From contig OZ024740.1 of NCBI GenBank assembly GCA_964016885.1, positions 248,434,001 through 248,498,000 on the forward strand: 64,000 bases of DNA. The letters run 5' to 3'. Below, in pieces: positions 38,201 through 52,362 of the stretch. The translations under genes and the position numbers were made by a program. Each line of letters starts with the position of its first letter. The stretch's first letter is position 1. Below the pieces are notes generated by a model. The model did no database searches, was not told where the DNA came from, and worked only from the letters and a program-made list of their open reading frames with translations. Source of the DNA: Eledone cirrhosa (Eukaryota).

Positions 38201-40984
38201 CTGAAAATGTCATTCCCGGCACGTAAGGCTTACAGGACCAGGTAAACAATTTAGTTAAGAAAAAGTTGACAGAGGGAGTCGTCAACAATAGATGGTGGGG
38301 GGCTCTCAAAAGAGAGATTAGAGTAATGTCGATAGAGCTTAGCAAGGAAGTAGCGTTTGAGAAAAATAGAAAGGAGGGGGTGTTGGTTGATAAGTTAGAC
38401 GAGGCTATTTGTAGTGGCTTTGCAACTAACGTGCTAGCGGCGAGAATGGCATTAGATCATCTCTTCAATGCGAAACACGAAGGTTGCATTGTCAGAGCTT
38501 AGGCGCGTGCTCTGAGAAACGAGGGAACCAAAGCTGTTTGATTGTCCCGCGTGACAGAGGCGCAGCGTGGTAATAAAACCACGATTCGGTATTTGACGGG
38601 CCGAGATGGACACGAGCTGACCGATTCCAAGGGGATGTGTGAGGACTTTCGCCAACATTTTGCTCGGTTGTTCGGGGGAAGTAGCGGGTCAGAAATGGTG
38701 GCGAACTTCAGTCCCTACCTCGATGGTCTGCCGCAAATCTCGACAGCCGACACTGAGCGCTGCGAAAGGCCGATACTTCAGCCAAGATTAAGGATGATTT
38801 TGTCCAATGCATGAGGCGCAAGTCACCAGGTTTGGATTGTCTGCCCTACGAGTTTTATGTAAATATGCCAGACTTGTTCTCCAATCTCCTTGAAGCGCTC
38901 TACTGCAACTGGCAGCAGAACGGGGGTATTCCCAGTTCTGTGAGAGGAGAGTGGTTTTGCTGATAAGGAAAGACGAGAACATGAGGGACACCTTAGACAA
39001 TTTCAGGCCCATAACTCTGCTCAACACAGAGTTTAAGATTTTGGCCAAGGTGTTAGCGAAGAGGTTGGCGCTTGTCGTCGGGGATTTGGTTGGGGAGGCG
39101 CAAACTTGCGCAATCCCAACCAGGTCCATACACGACAACCTCCACCTGATGCGATACATTATAGAGGGGGTAGGGTGCAAACATGGCTTCGCTGGGGCTC
39201 TGATCAATTTAGATCAATCGAAAGCATTCGATAGGGTCGACCATCGGTACCTGGAAGCTGTCCTCAAGGCGGCTGGCTTCGACCCCGTCTTCAGAACCTG
39301 GATCGCTGCAATGCACAGCGACACCTGCTCGGTGGTCAAAATTAATGGCCACCTCTCGGAACCGTTTCAGGTCTCCCGATCGGTCCGTCAGGGGTTCCCT
39401 CTTTCCTCCCTTCTGTACGTATTGACACTCGAGCTTTTACTGCGGAAGCTGGAGCTGTTGCAGGGCATCCCGCTCGAACCGGGACGCAGAAAGACTGTGT
39501 CGTGATGGTGCGGGACACCTCAGGAATCGAGGTGGTCGGCAACTTATTTGAGGAATATGAAAGGTCGACGGGAGCAAAACTTAACCCGGAAAAGTCAGTG
39601 GGCTTGCAACTCGGCACCTGGAGAGGCATGTCCATGCCATCCAACAGCGTCGTTAGGCGCTGGACGGACGGACCGGTAAAGTTGCTCGAGGTTTGGTTCG
39701 GGTCAGATCACCAGGTGGAAAAGAATTGGGACGAAGTGACAGACAGGCAGGGTAGCCAGTCTCACCCAGAAAGGGGTTGCAAGAAAGCTATCACTGAAAG
39801 GTCGGGCGGAGGTGGCGAACGCGTACCTCCGTCATATACTACCGTCTGACCGTCGTCCCTTGCCCCCGTTGGCGCCTCGCCATCTCGGAGCAGCTCCTCT
39901 TCAAATTCTTGTGGAGGGGTCAGGTTCCGTTGGTGAGGCGGTCCATCCGCTGCCAGCACCCTCTGCCGTGGCTAATGATGCGCAGAAACGCGCTGAGGCT
40001 GCGACATCTCCAGATATTCTGCCTAAACGGTGAACAGTGGTGGTAGCCGTTTATCAGACGGGCCTTTCCGCAGCTCGTTTCTTTGACTGAGCTGCAGTCC
40101 TGGGTCAAGAAGAGACCGAGACTGGGTGACTGGCATCTGGAATGTTGCCAGGTACTCAATGCCCTTTACCAGGCGGGCAATGCGGTCAGTGGGACTTCCA
40201 CTCTCGAGTTCTATAGAAGATTAGTGGTGGGCAAGTGCGACGACGCACTCGGATAGGCTCTGGGCGTCGACAAATCCGAACTAACCAGTCTGGGCCTATG
40301 GATAAATTCCAGAAATCCCTGGCCTGGCAGGGCTACCGGGGAGTGTTGCCGGTTCGAGATAAACTCTACAGGCACGGAAGTGCCGTCAGCTGAGATGCGT
40401 ACAGAGCGACGAAACCGTTGTGCACGCACTCGTTCAGTGTCCGAGCATTGCTGACTTGTGGAGCTATGTTGAACATTTGCTGTCACGTGTAGGACGGATC
40501 CGGTTATCGACTGAGTCCATTGTGCAGATAGCCCCCGCCGTCCTTCTTTAAGGAGGAGGAAGGGCAGGCAGTTTTCATCTCCCTGGTGGCCATGGCGAAA
40601 GAGATGGTATGGTGGACAAGGTTGAAAGGATTGAAGACGGAGACTTTCCTCTTCGGCGAATCCCTGATTAACTTTTCAAGTTTCACTTGAAGAGGAAAAT
40701 CAGGGTGGAGAGGCAAGTGCTGTCTTCTAGTAAGTTTGTTAAAATGTGGGTGAAAGTGGCGAGTCTGGTCCGAGTGAACAGGCCCGCTCTGTGTATACGC
40801 CTGTAGACTGAGGAGTGGAAACCTGAGAGAGGGCACTTGCCCTGTTTGAATTTCTTTTTATATTTCTATCTTCTTGTTATAACCTTTTTTACACGGCCAA
40901 AACTCACTTTGTATCGTCCTGTACCGTTCTGTGTCGTCTGTAATGTTTTTCTTCATGTTAGCCCTTGTGGCCAATAAAGAAACC
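35239..40984 (+). mobile_element. Full-length Tx1/L1-type LINE, degenerate (ORF1 about 35542-37401; ORF2 about 37433-40807)
   Basis: ORF1 has an Asn/Thr-rich N-terminus and CFVCGEK.HLRAFC knuckle. ORF2 has APE (LNVRG, VYAP, AGDWN), W.LK linker and RT (NFRPITLLN, LDQSKAFDRVDH, VRQGFPLS). (ATT)n on both sides. Confidence 0.93.
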
Positions 40985-41007
40985 ATTATTATTGTTGTTA
41001 TTATTGT

Positions 41008-41456
41008 ACTTTGAGTCTCAGTCATTGAAGTTATTTAACTGGAAAGTTTGTTGAAATGAATATCAAGCCGCTACCTGCAGCCTCAGACATTCAGGACATA
41101 TCGGAGGGTTCTTGCTGTTCCCAGCAATCACGCCTTTTGAAGTGTTCCAAAAAGCGAGGCTGGACTAATTTTCTTTAACCATCCTTGGAAACCTATTGAG
41201 ATAGTCCCTAGTGTTCCTGTGACAGTCGGGACGACTCTGACTTCATGGCAGTTCCAAATCCTTTTTACCTCCCACTTTAAGTCCTGGTATCGGTTAATTT
41301 TCTCCCTCTCCTTTTCTTGCACACTTGTGTCAAAGGGGCAGGCTACATCTACAATCAGGCACGATCTTTTTTCCTTGTCCAAAACCACCAGGTCAAGCCT
41401 ATTGTGTTCTAACTTCTTGTCCGTCTGTATCCTAAAATCCCACAGCACCTTCACCA
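41008..41456 (-). mobile_element. R4-like LINE (second family), 5'-truncated RLE and 3' end
   Basis: VLWDFRIQTD..HNRLDLVV..CLIVDVACPFD..EKINRYQDLKWE. Homologous to 57181-57535. Confidence 0.88.
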
Positions 41457-41530
41457 TTATTATTATTATTATTATTATTGTAGTCTCAGTGATTGATGTT
41501 ATTTAACTGGAAAGTTTGTCCAAATTAACA

Positions 41531-42330
41531 TCAAGCCGCTACCTGCAGCCTCAGATATTCAGCACGTATGAGATTAACATCATTGATACAACCCAGATCA
41601 GCCATATCAAGATAGCTGAAAACAGAGTAGTATTGTTTCTGCAGTAATTCACAGATTGTTTTAACATTATCTTGGAGAATGCCATTTTCATCAATCAGAG
41701 GGTTGACAGTGGAGCCAGGGACTTTGAGGTTTTTCGCAAATGAAAAGAACACTTTAGGATTGAGTTTGGTTTTTCTCAATGGCCCAGGCATCATACTGTT
41801 TTGGAGGTTGTTTTTTTTTTCGATTCTAGTGATGTAATGGCACTCAAATGGGTGCGTTGCTGCTGGCAGTATTTCGGTTTGTTGATTTTTTTTAAATTTT
41901 TAAAATTTTTCTTATAAGTGTTCTTCTATTTCTAGGGATTCTGCACTTAGATTTGTTTACATATCTTAATGGGTATGTTTTGCACATATATTTGTTACAG
42001 TGTCTGCAAATGACTGCCAGGATTTTTTGGATGTTAGTGGGTGTGTGAGTGTCATGATTGATCGCTTCCCAGTTTGCATTATGAAGATCCACAATGTCAA
42101 ATGGATAGGCTGGAGAGATATCATTGGGTTTGCTTTTGGGACGGTGGAATCTCAGATCACAGAGAACCATGTCATGGTCTGAGAGTAGAGTTTTTTCCAC
42201 TACAATATTGTGGATAGTGTCAGTGTGGTCACTGAACATTAGGTCCAAGATGTTTTTGTGGCACCTTGTTGGTTCGAGCACAAGTTGGGACAGGAAAAAC
42301 TCATCAATGAAGTCAAGAAGCAGAAAGTTA
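41531..42330 (-). mobile_element. CR1/L2/Jockey-group LINE fragment (APE C-terminus and linker)
   Basis: EPTRCHKNILDL..SDHDMV, ANWE, KLNPKVFFSFAK, ELLQKQYYSVFS. Fused at its left end to about 80 bp of the R4-like 3' end (41481-41560). Confidence 0.72.
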
Positions 42331-43766
42331 ATACATTTTCGTCCTGAATAAACACCAAGTTAAGAAAGAGTGACACCAAGAAACGCGACCAAAAGCAGCG
42401 GACATACTTATACCAACAACGATAAATACAAATAAATTGAAGACTATCTCGAGTCAATTAGAGTTGATGTAAATCGATAAAAATCTTCGATGGGTTTCTG
42501 GTACCCCAGGAAGCTATACTACGAGTTGCATAATGCATATGCATGTCATATGTGCATTTTCATGATAGAACTGAAGGTCCCTCCATCGGCAGGTTTTTTT
42601 TAATGTATTATCTAACGTGGTTCGGCCTTAATTCATCGAGGCGTTCTACCGTAGTAGTAAATTCGCCTGTGTCATCACGTGACCTGTCTCATAAAAAGGA
42701 AGATCAAGTTGGCCGAACTGTTGGCGGGTAAATTCAGGGTGTGAATAAAGAGATTTTCACAGCTTCGAAACAAAAGTGTTCAACTAGCGTTTATAAAAAA
42801 AAACGCAACTAACACGTTATCAATCCAATACTAGGAGAATACTAATATTGAGCATGAATCGAAGTTGTAATCGAAATATAACAAATACTAATCGAATTGT
42901 TTGAGACGGTCACAAAGCACTCAATGGGGCGGGAATTTAATACATCGAAACACATGCAGAACCCAGGAGATTGTGAATGGGTGGTGAACTTCTTATAGTG
43001 GCAACATGATTCAGATAGGAATTGCAGTGTGTATATGTATGCATGTGTGTATTCCTTCAAGTTCGGTACTTATTTTATCGATTTCTTTTTTTTTTTCTTT
43101 TTGTCGAACCGCTAGGTTACAGGATATAAATACAGACGTGGATACAAATGTAAACACAGACGGTGATTTTCCCGCTTAGAATAAAATTATATATGCCTCT
43201 GTGAGTACGCAGACGACACACACACGCGCGCGCGTATATATAGATATATATGCATTTATGTGTGTATTTGTGTGTGTATGTGTGTATGCGTACGTGTGTG
43301 TGTGTTTTCATATTCTGCTAGAAGCGTGGTGGAGGCATCACTCATACCACCAAAACAACACACTTCCTTCCACTTCTCCCCTTCCGATCACTTTCAATGA
43401 TACTGGTGGGGTGGGGTGGGCGTGGGGGGTATATAATATATTTTGAGAAACAAACACGAAATACGCCTTTATGAATGAGACAAGGAATCGCTGCTGTGTT
43501 GTGATTAGTTTAAAAGTCACGCGTTTTCGCAGCATCTCAATGAAAGTAAAGAGACACATGCTAGCAAACGTGTTGGGCGGTTCCGTAAATAACAATTTTT
43601 GATTGATTCACACACACGCACGCGCGTATGCACACACAAGAACACACATGCAAATGTATAGTGTATTAATCATTCAAGTGTGTACACAGTATACGGACAT
43701 TTCTGTTTACATGTATCTAAACATATGCGTACACACACATGCATATTATACATATACGTATATAAG

Positions 43767-43806
<40 letters not shown>

Positions 43807-43810
43807 TCCT

Positions 43811-43907
<97 letters not shown>

Positions 43908-43933
43908 CATGCATATATATCTATATATGTGTA

Positions 43934-43966
<33 letters not shown>

Positions 43967-44519
43967 TGGAGAGAAAAATGGGAAATAGTGCGGCATTATT
44001 TGTTCACACATTCGTTGTGCTCACATAGATTTAATTCAGGCGTACACACAGACAATCACACGAACACAGGAATAAACCAATATAGAACACACCTTCAACC
44101 TATTTCGAGGCAAAGCCATATATGGGCATGACTAAACTATTTCGGTTAATTTCGAACTAGAACGATGTTGTTATTATTTCACAGTTCAATCGATGCTGGA
44201 AAAGCTTAATGAAACTAAACTGGTTGGCTGGTGTGCGGGGATGTAGTATATGCATATGTATGTATGTATGCATGTATGCATGTATGTATGTATGTATGTA
44301 TGTATGTATGTATGTATGTATGTATGTATGTATTTGTGTATGTCTGCTGTACGTATGTTTATGTGTATATACATATATTTGTATGATGTATATATATGCA
44401 TGTACGTATGTATATATGCATATATACATATATGTGTGTGTGTGTGTCTATGTATATGTGTATATATACATACATATGTAGCTCTGACAACGCAGCCTTC
44501 GTGCTTTGCATTAAAGGAT

Positions 44520-44940
44520 CAATTTCGCCGCAAGCACGTCTAGTTTTCTAACTAATTCTCCCTCTGTTCTATTTTTCTCTATTGCTAACGCCTTACTAAA
44601 TGTTATGGACACCATTCTAATCGCCCTTTTCAGGGCGAACCTCCATTTGTTGTTGACTAATTTGTTGTTCGCTAATCCGACCTCTCTAGGCTTTGCGCGT
44701 TGCCAACGACGCGTTTAGCTTCCAGTAGCCGGGTCCCTGTCTATGAAACCTATCTATTGTTTTTTGGGGGCGAAGGAAGAGGATTTTTTTTTTTTGGGCT
44801 TCTCTTTTTTCCAGATATAGTTTCCCACCCCTCCTCCTCGTCACAATCTATCTCCAGTTGTGAGAGGTCGGGGAGTGGAAAGTCCTCCACAGGCGTTGGT
44901 GTTGGTTGTGGCGTGGTGGAGGCGCTGGTGCTAGAATGCG
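44520..44940 (-). mobile_element. Internally deleted Tx1 fragment (ORF1 piece fused to ORF2 linker)
   Basis: PVEDFPLPDLSQLE..WETISGKK matches the ORF at 50195-51721 and is joined directly to the GPGYWKLNAS region. Confidence 0.85.
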
Positions 44941-45040
44941 TATAACCGAGGTTGCAGCTGAGAGTACTAGATTCGCATCTGATTTTCAAAGGCTGTCACA
45001 AAGCACACAATGAGAGAGTAGTCAATAAATTACCCCTTAG

Positions 45041-45117
<77 letters not shown>

Positions 45118-45184
45118 ACGTAGATAGTATGGTGAAATACTGGTGTTGGTAGCAAATCAAGCACTCTATGCACAGGCAGAGTTT

Positions 45185-45359
45185 ATATATTAGAAAAAAC
45201 GAGGAAGTTTCTTTACATATGAAAAATATTATTGCGTATCGACCTGTTACCCGCGTTTCGCAGAGGATTGGCTCAAGGTGACCCATAGGTGTTATGGACC
45301 TGACGCAATAGATATTTTTAATATGTAAACGAAACTTCCTCGTTTTTTCTATTATATAT
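45185..45359. repeat. Small foldback element (about 55-bp inverted arms)
   Basis: TAGAAAAAACGAGGAAGTTTC.TTTACATAT...ATTGCGT versus ACGCAAT...ATATGTAAACGAAACTTCCTCGTTTTTTCTA. Confidence 0.8.
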
Positions 45360-45369
45360 ACCGAATGTA

Positions 45370-45403
<34 letters not shown>

Positions 45404-45584
45404 CACACATTCGGTATGTAAGGATGCAATTCACTCAAGCACTCGACGTCATACTACTTCTTTAAAATAAGGCTGATGGAGTATATTTATAAAGTGAAAA
45501 ATGCGAAGTTGTAGATGTTAGAGTCTTTTATTAATTGAGCCGTTATACATATTTCAGTGACGATAGATATCGTGATTCCTTCAC

Positions 45585-45675
<91 letters not shown>

Positions 45676-46284
45676 ATTTCAAATTAATATATCATTAAAA
45701 AGACCAAATACTTGTAATGTGCGTATCTGCTGCCTTCGCCACCATCGTTACCACCAACCAACAACAGCAGAAAACCCCTTACGTTAAAATCCCCAGCATC
45801 TCCATTACAAACAACATCTCCTCCTCCTCCCCCACCACCACCACCACCACCACCACAGGCCTCCATTTATAGTATTGGCCACTTTTGTGCTGATATGCTG
45901 GAGCAATATAACCTTATAAGGGAAGGCACTCCGCTTTGCTTTCACTTCAATTGATTTGATTCGTCGATTCAATCACTTAAGAAATACAACAGTTTTCAGA
46001 CACACTGCAAGCACACGTGTGATACATTACAATGAAGAGAGTGATGGTGGGGGATTGTTTTATCGTATATTCCACGAAACGGAGTATCTGCCCACAACTA
46101 CGACTACCATCACCGCTTTACTTTCGTTTATTCATTCATTCAATCATTCATTTGTTCATTCGTTCAATAAATTCACTCATTTATCCGGTCATTCATAAAT
46201 TATTTCACACATACACATATGTCTATTATACAAATCCTTACTGTGCATGTATTGCACTCTCTGTCTCTCTATCTATATATATAT

Positions 46285-46497
46285 GAAAATGTTCAAGACC
46301 CCGACGGCAGAACTCAAGGCGTTTCGACGGCTATTTCTGGACCTGAACCTGAATTCGGGTCCAGAAATAGCCGTCGAAACGGCTTGAGCTCTGCCGTCGA
46401 AGTCTTGAACTTTTTCCTATTACCCATTCTACTACCCTAAGTATTGAGTACGCTGGTGCGTTATGGTCCACCTGGTTCCTTACCACACTTCCTTCGT

Positions 46498-46500
<3 letters not shown>
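46285..46500. repeat. Asymmetric foldback element between TA/TG microsatellites
   Basis: About 60-bp inverted arms around 46345-46355; the right arm extends further and matches 21982-22128. Confidence 0.85.
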
Positions 46501-46588
<88 letters not shown>

Positions 46589-46879
46589 AAATGAGGCTAC
46601 TCAGCCGATGTATACTTAAGTAATACTATATATTTTCAACCGTTCAACACGTTGGCAGAGGGATATACAGTACTGATGAAGGCTAACGACCCAGACACAT
46701 GTTGATTGCTCCTCAAAGCCAGCGTTGAACAAACAGGTGACAATCAGTCACCGCCGGCCAGGCTTTTAATCGGGCACAGCTTCTAATCGGGCTCGTTTGT
46801 TTCCAAACGAATTGAACATTAGTATTGATGTACGATATAACCCGCACGTACATATGTGTGATTATGTATATATATACAA

Positions 46880-46922
<43 letters not shown>

Positions 46923-47013
46923 TGTGTGTGTGTACGTATGCATACATACTTTTATGTATTAGCTGTGCTAAAGCGAGAAATAAAATTCTTATTTTATCTT
47001 TTATATATATATG

Positions 47014-47044
<31 letters not shown>

Positions 47045-47061
47045 ATAATAATAATAATAAT

Positions 47062-47241
47062 AATTGTTTCTATTTTAGGCACAAGGCCAGCAATTACCCA
47101 GTACATTACTGATACTTTATTTTATCGACCCCGTAAGGATGAAAGGCAAAGTTAACCTCGGCGGGATTTGAACTTAGATCATAAAGGGACGTAACTCTAT
47201 GCTTCAAAGCATGGTGTCCGACTCTACCGATACTGCCAATT
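47062..47241 (-). mobile_element. SINE family A, in (AAT)n
   Basis: Reverse complement of the family sequence, with (AAT)n flanks. Confidence 0.92.
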
Positions 47242-47301
47242 CATAATAATAATAATAATGTGCCGGTGTGTGTGTGTCTGTGTGTGTGTGTGTATAATAA
47301 T

Positions 47302-50300
47302 GCTTTCTTTATTAACCACAAGGGTTTACATAAAGTAGACATTAAGGACAGTACAGGACAATACAGGACGGTACAAATGGGCATTTCTGCGTGTAAAAAA
47401 AAACAGAGGATGTAATAAAAAATAAAAATGAAAAATTCCCCAATAGGGGGGAGACTTCCGAGGGGCATTTGTGGAGAAAGCCCATTAAAAGACCACAGTG
47501 ACCCTGACCACCAGGGCAAGTGCCCTCTCCCAGTTTTCCACCTTTAATTTACAGACACATACTCAGAGTAGGCCTATTCACTCGGGCCATACTTGCTTCT
47601 CTCACCCATCTTTCAACAAAATGCTGGGAAGAGAGCACTTCCCTCTCTACCCTGATTTTCCTTTTCAAATGAAATTTGAAAAAGTTAATCAGGGCATCAC
47701 CGAAGAGGTAAGTGCTCGTCTTCAGCCCTTTCAAACGTGTCCACCATACTATCTCTTTCGCCATCGCCACCAGACAGATAAAAACTGCCTGCCCTTCCCG
47801 GCTAAAGGAAGAGGGCGGGGCAATCCTCACGATGGACTCGGCTGATAGCTGGATCCGTTCTACACGTGACAGCAGGTGTTCGACATAAACCCACAAGTCA
47901 GCAATGCTCAGACACTGGACGAGTTGTGCAGGACGGTGCGTCCGTCCAGCGCCCGACGACGCTATTGGACGGCATGGACCTGCCTCTCCAGGTGCCGAGC
48001 TGCAGGTCCACTGACTTTTCCTGGTTGATCATTGCTCCTGTCACAGCTTCGTATTCTCTTAGTGTAGTGCCGATCGCCTCGATGTGTTTGGCGTTCGACA
48101 CCACTACGGTGACATCGTCCGCATATGCTGACACGGATCTTCCGCATCCTAGTTCGCGCGGGATCCCCCTCAACGTCTCCAGTTTGTGCAGTAATGGCTC
48201 GAGACTCAATACGTACAATAGGGACGAGAGGGGACATCCGTGCGAACCGAACGCATTATGTTGAACGGTTCCGAAAGGTGACCGTTCACTTTCACCACAG
48301 AGCAGATGTCGCTGTGCATGGCAGCGATCCAGCCTCTGAAGACGGGTCCAAACCCAGCCGCCCTCAGGACTGCCGCTAGGAAACGATGGTCGACCCTATC
48401 GAAAGCTTTCGACTGATCTAAATTGATCAAGGTCCCACCCGTGCCAGGTTCCATAGCTACACTCACTACGATGTATCGTATGAGCTGGAGGTTGTCGTCG
48501 ATGGATCTGTCGAGAATGGCGCATGTCTGCGCCTCTCCCACCTGACCACCAACGACAAGCGCCAACCTCTTTGCTAGCACCTTGGCCAAAATCTTGAACT
48601 CTGTTTAGCAGAGTTATGGGCCTGAAATTATCTATGTTATCCCTCTTGTTCGGATCCTTTCTCAGCAGCGCCACAGCTCCTCGACTCACAGAGCTGGGAA
48701 TTCTCCAGTTCTGTTGCCAGTTGCAGTAGACGTCCGCCAAGAGGCCTCCGAACAAGTCTGGCATCTGTACATAAAGTTCATAAGGCAGACCATCCAAACC
48801 AGGCGATTTACCCCTTGTGCAGCCAGTCATTGCCTCCCGTACTTCAGCGGCTGTTATCGGCTTTTCGCAACACTCCGCCTCAGTGGCCGAGAGTCGCGGC
48901 AGTCCATCGAGGTAGACACTAAAGTCCATCCCTCGATCCGGCCCGCCGGTGCCCCCGAACAGCTGTGCGAAGTGTCGCTGAAAAGCTTCACACATTTTCC
49001 CGGGATCGAGTAGCATGCGCCCGTCGTGGTCCACCAAAGACCGGATCGTGGCTTTGTTGCCACGACGCGCCTCCGCCACTCGGGCCCATTGAACGGCTTT
49101 CGTCCCCTCGTGTCTGAGAGCACGCACCCTAGCTCTGACAACGCAGCCTTCGTGCTTTGCATTGAAGAATTGGTCAAGGGCCAATTTCGCCGCAAGTACG
49201 CGGTCGCGATGCCTTTGCTAAGCGCCTCGTCTAATTTTCTAACTAATTCTCCCTCTGCTCTATTTTTCTCTATTGCTAAAGCCTTACTAAACCTAATGGA
49301 CTCTATTCTAATTGCTCTTTTCAGAGCAAACCACCACTTGTTGTTGACGATGGCCCCCGTCATAGCCCGCTTAACCAGTTCGCTAATACGGTCTCTGTAG
49401 GCCTTGCGCGCTGGTAAGGACGCGTTTAGCTTCCAGTAGCCGGGTCCTCGTCTACGAAGCCTATCTAAGTCAAGCACACAGATCACGAATTTGTGTCCGT
49501 GTAGCTGACTATCTTGAATTGTCGACAGCCTATGTTAGACCTATCTATTTCCCTACAAAATACTCTATCTAGATATGATCTGGATGACCCGATGCGATTT
49601 GTCCAAGTCCACATTGGCACATTCGGGAAATCCAATCGGTACCTGTCAGACAGTTCAAAACGCCTGAGCAGGTTGGTGAGACTCTTTCACCCTCCTCCCC
49701 TATCCACTAATTCCACACAGTCCCAGCGTGCATCTAAGATCCCGTTCCAGTCGCCCACTAACACTAAAGAGCGGGACGTTACAAGAAAGGTCTCCAGACG
49801 CCGGAAGAAATCAGGCCGCCCTGCTCCTGTCGGGGCATAGACGGCCACTAACCTGAAAGCTTGCCCGTCTCCGCTGGTCACGTCCAGCACCACCAACTTA
49901 CCTTCTGGGTCCAGGAAGATGGCCCGTATGGCAAGATCCAAACCTCTCCGAAAAAGCACAGCAACTCCCCCCCCCCCGATCCCGGACAGCTGGGAGATGC
50001 GTACACATCGTAGCCGCCGAAGATCGGTGCGAAGGCTCGTGCTTCGGAGATTCTGGTCTCGCTGATGGCCACTACATCTATGTTTAGTGACCTGAGGTCG
50101 TTGAGCAGCTGGCCCTGCTTCCATGACGACCCCAAGCCACGCTCATTTATGTTGCCTATTCTGAGTGAGGTCATGTTGAAATGGGATAGATCACTTATCT
50201 TACTTCTCGTAGAGGAAGGACGGTTTCTCCATCCTTTTCACTGCTTGTAGCCTCCTCAGGAAGGATGTCCTTATAAACCCTCCTGGAGAGTGCTTGTTGG

Positions 50301-52344
50301 ATGTCTCCGATGTCTTTGGGGAATTTTTGGTTTAGTGTCATGTACGTTTTCTGTGTGATACGAGTGATTTGTATGTGTCGAAGTGGTGTGAACTTTTGGG
50401 TTGTTGTGTAGTCTTTTTCTGTGATGCTGGTGTTGTGTTGCATGTAGTGTAATAATTGGTTGTTGTTCAAATTTAATGCTGTGTAGTGTGTATCGTTTTG
50501 GTTGTTTTGTTTTGTTTGCGTTTGTTGTGGGTTTGCTTCTGTTTCGCTTTTTGGTGACTTTTGTGGTGTAGGTGATGGTGGTGCTGGGGTTAATGATGGT
50601 GATGGTGTTGGTGTTTGTGGTGATGGGGTTGGTGATGCTGGTGTGGATGGTGGCATATCTATCCTAACTTTTTTGTTTGATAGTTTATTTGTTTCCCTCT
50701 GTATTTTGTTTTTGGAGGGGGGAAGGAACAGGATTTTTTTTCTTTTTTGGTTTCTTTTTTTCTTTTTTCCTGATACCGTTTCCCACTCCTCGTCGTCACA
50801 ATCTGTCTCCAGTTGTGATAGGCCGGGGAGTGGAAAATCCTCCACATGCGTTGGTTTTGGTTGTGGCGTGGTGGATGGTGTAGGCGCTGGTGCTAGTTCT
50901 GGCGCGTTGGGTGGTGGTGATGTTGGTTTTGCTACTGTTGCTGGGGTTGTTGCTGTTACAGTTGCTTCTGTTGTTGCTGCTACAATTGTTGCTGCCATTT
51001 CTGCTGCTGGTGGTGTTGATGGTTGAGTCACTGGGGTGGGTAAGAGAGGTGGTTTCAACCTTTTAGCCTGAGGGCAGAAAGCCCTTAGGTGGGTTCCTTC
51101 ACCACAAACGACACACCTAGGCCTTCTGCCCTCGACGATTACGGTGAGGTGGCTGCCGTCAGTGAGGTTAATTACCTCTGGGATCTCCTCAATGCTTTTT
51201 TGGTCCGCTTGGATCAGGAGCTCCATCCCAGATCCGGACCAGTTCTTCTGCTTTTCTTTCGCTATTTCGATTATCTTGGTGTTGGCTTCGATGCCGGCGA
51301 GGACGGCAGCTATTAGCCAGGGAATTTCGATGACCCGTGGAACGTGGGTCACCCTGATCTTTACGAGTCTCTGGCCACAATAGCTTGGGACGAGTGTGAT
51401 GTCGTCACTTCTTAATGGGGCCATGGAGTATTCTCTGGCCTCCTGTGGTGTTTCAAAGAACACGTCCACGGTTCCATATTTCTGCCCACGTCTGATGTTG
51501 TTTTTTTTTGCCCACACATGTCCCAAAGCTTTTTGGATTTGGGACTCGGATGCCCGTTCCACTCGGCGCGATTTTATATTAATTATTCGATAATACACGG
51601 TGCATAGGCGCCGATGCTCCATTTTATTAGCTGGGGGGGGGGGCTGACCCTGTACCCATCTTTCTTTACCATTTTTTTGGCTTCTTCTAATTCCTCCTGA
51701 GTTACCTGAAATGCTTCGCACTGTTTTGCTACTCTGGCAAAGCTCAGGGAGGTTTTCTTAATGTCATTGTTGCTGTTGTTGTTATCGTTATTTTTGTTAT
51801 TATTAATTTTAGTTTCAGTTGTGGTGGTGGTGGCGTCAGTGCTGTTCGGTGTGGAAGAGTTCATTTTGGTTGAATTCATTTCGATATCACGAGTTAATTT
51901 ATTTTTTCTTTTGTTTCTGTTGTCGCGGTGGTGTTGGGGGTGGTGGTTGTCACGGTGGTGGTGGTGGTGGCGGCTTTAACACCTGCAGTCATTGGTAATG
52001 GCGGGAAATGAATGTCTGCCTGAGACAAATTTAAAATATTGCTACTGCTTATATTTTTAGTGTTGGCAAACGTAGTAATATTTACAATGGTGGTGTTAGT
52101 ATGTGAGGAAGGAGTGACTCTGAGTCATCCATGATTTTTCAAAGAAAAATTTTTGTCTCATAATTATAAAAGTTTAAATTTTGGGCTAAGCCCCAATCTT
52201 TTTGGGTGTCCTTTTCAGATAACAATGTATGTTCACTTATAAACAGTTAACAATAAAACTTTTCCATGAATGGCAATTTTAAACAACTGAAAATAACAAA
52301 CCTTTGCGGAGCTCACGATGATACGATTTACTACGTAGGTCGCC
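47302..52344 (-). mobile_element. Tx1/L1-type LINE with both termini, frameshifted ORF2 and an internal deletion near 47937
   Basis: ORF2 starts MTSLRIGNINERGL (50174) with APE and RT motifs including VSAYADDVT. 3' end AATAAAGAAAGC followed by ATT. Confidence 0.93.
50195..51879 (-). pseudogene. Tx1 ORF1 (gag-like, CCHC zinc knuckle), one frameshift at a G/C homopolymer near 51635
   Basis: CVVCGEGTHLRAFC knuckle. The N-terminal ORF 51583-51879 and ORF 50195-51721 join across the run; the sister copy reads DGYRVSLPPPPSNKMEH in one frame. Confidence 0.85.
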
Positions 52345-52362
52345 AATAATAATAATAATAAT

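Noticed and set aside
42660-42730. TCACGTGAC E-box and TTGGCGGG E2F-like motifs
   Set aside because: Short motifs with no linked exon or transcript evidence in the window.
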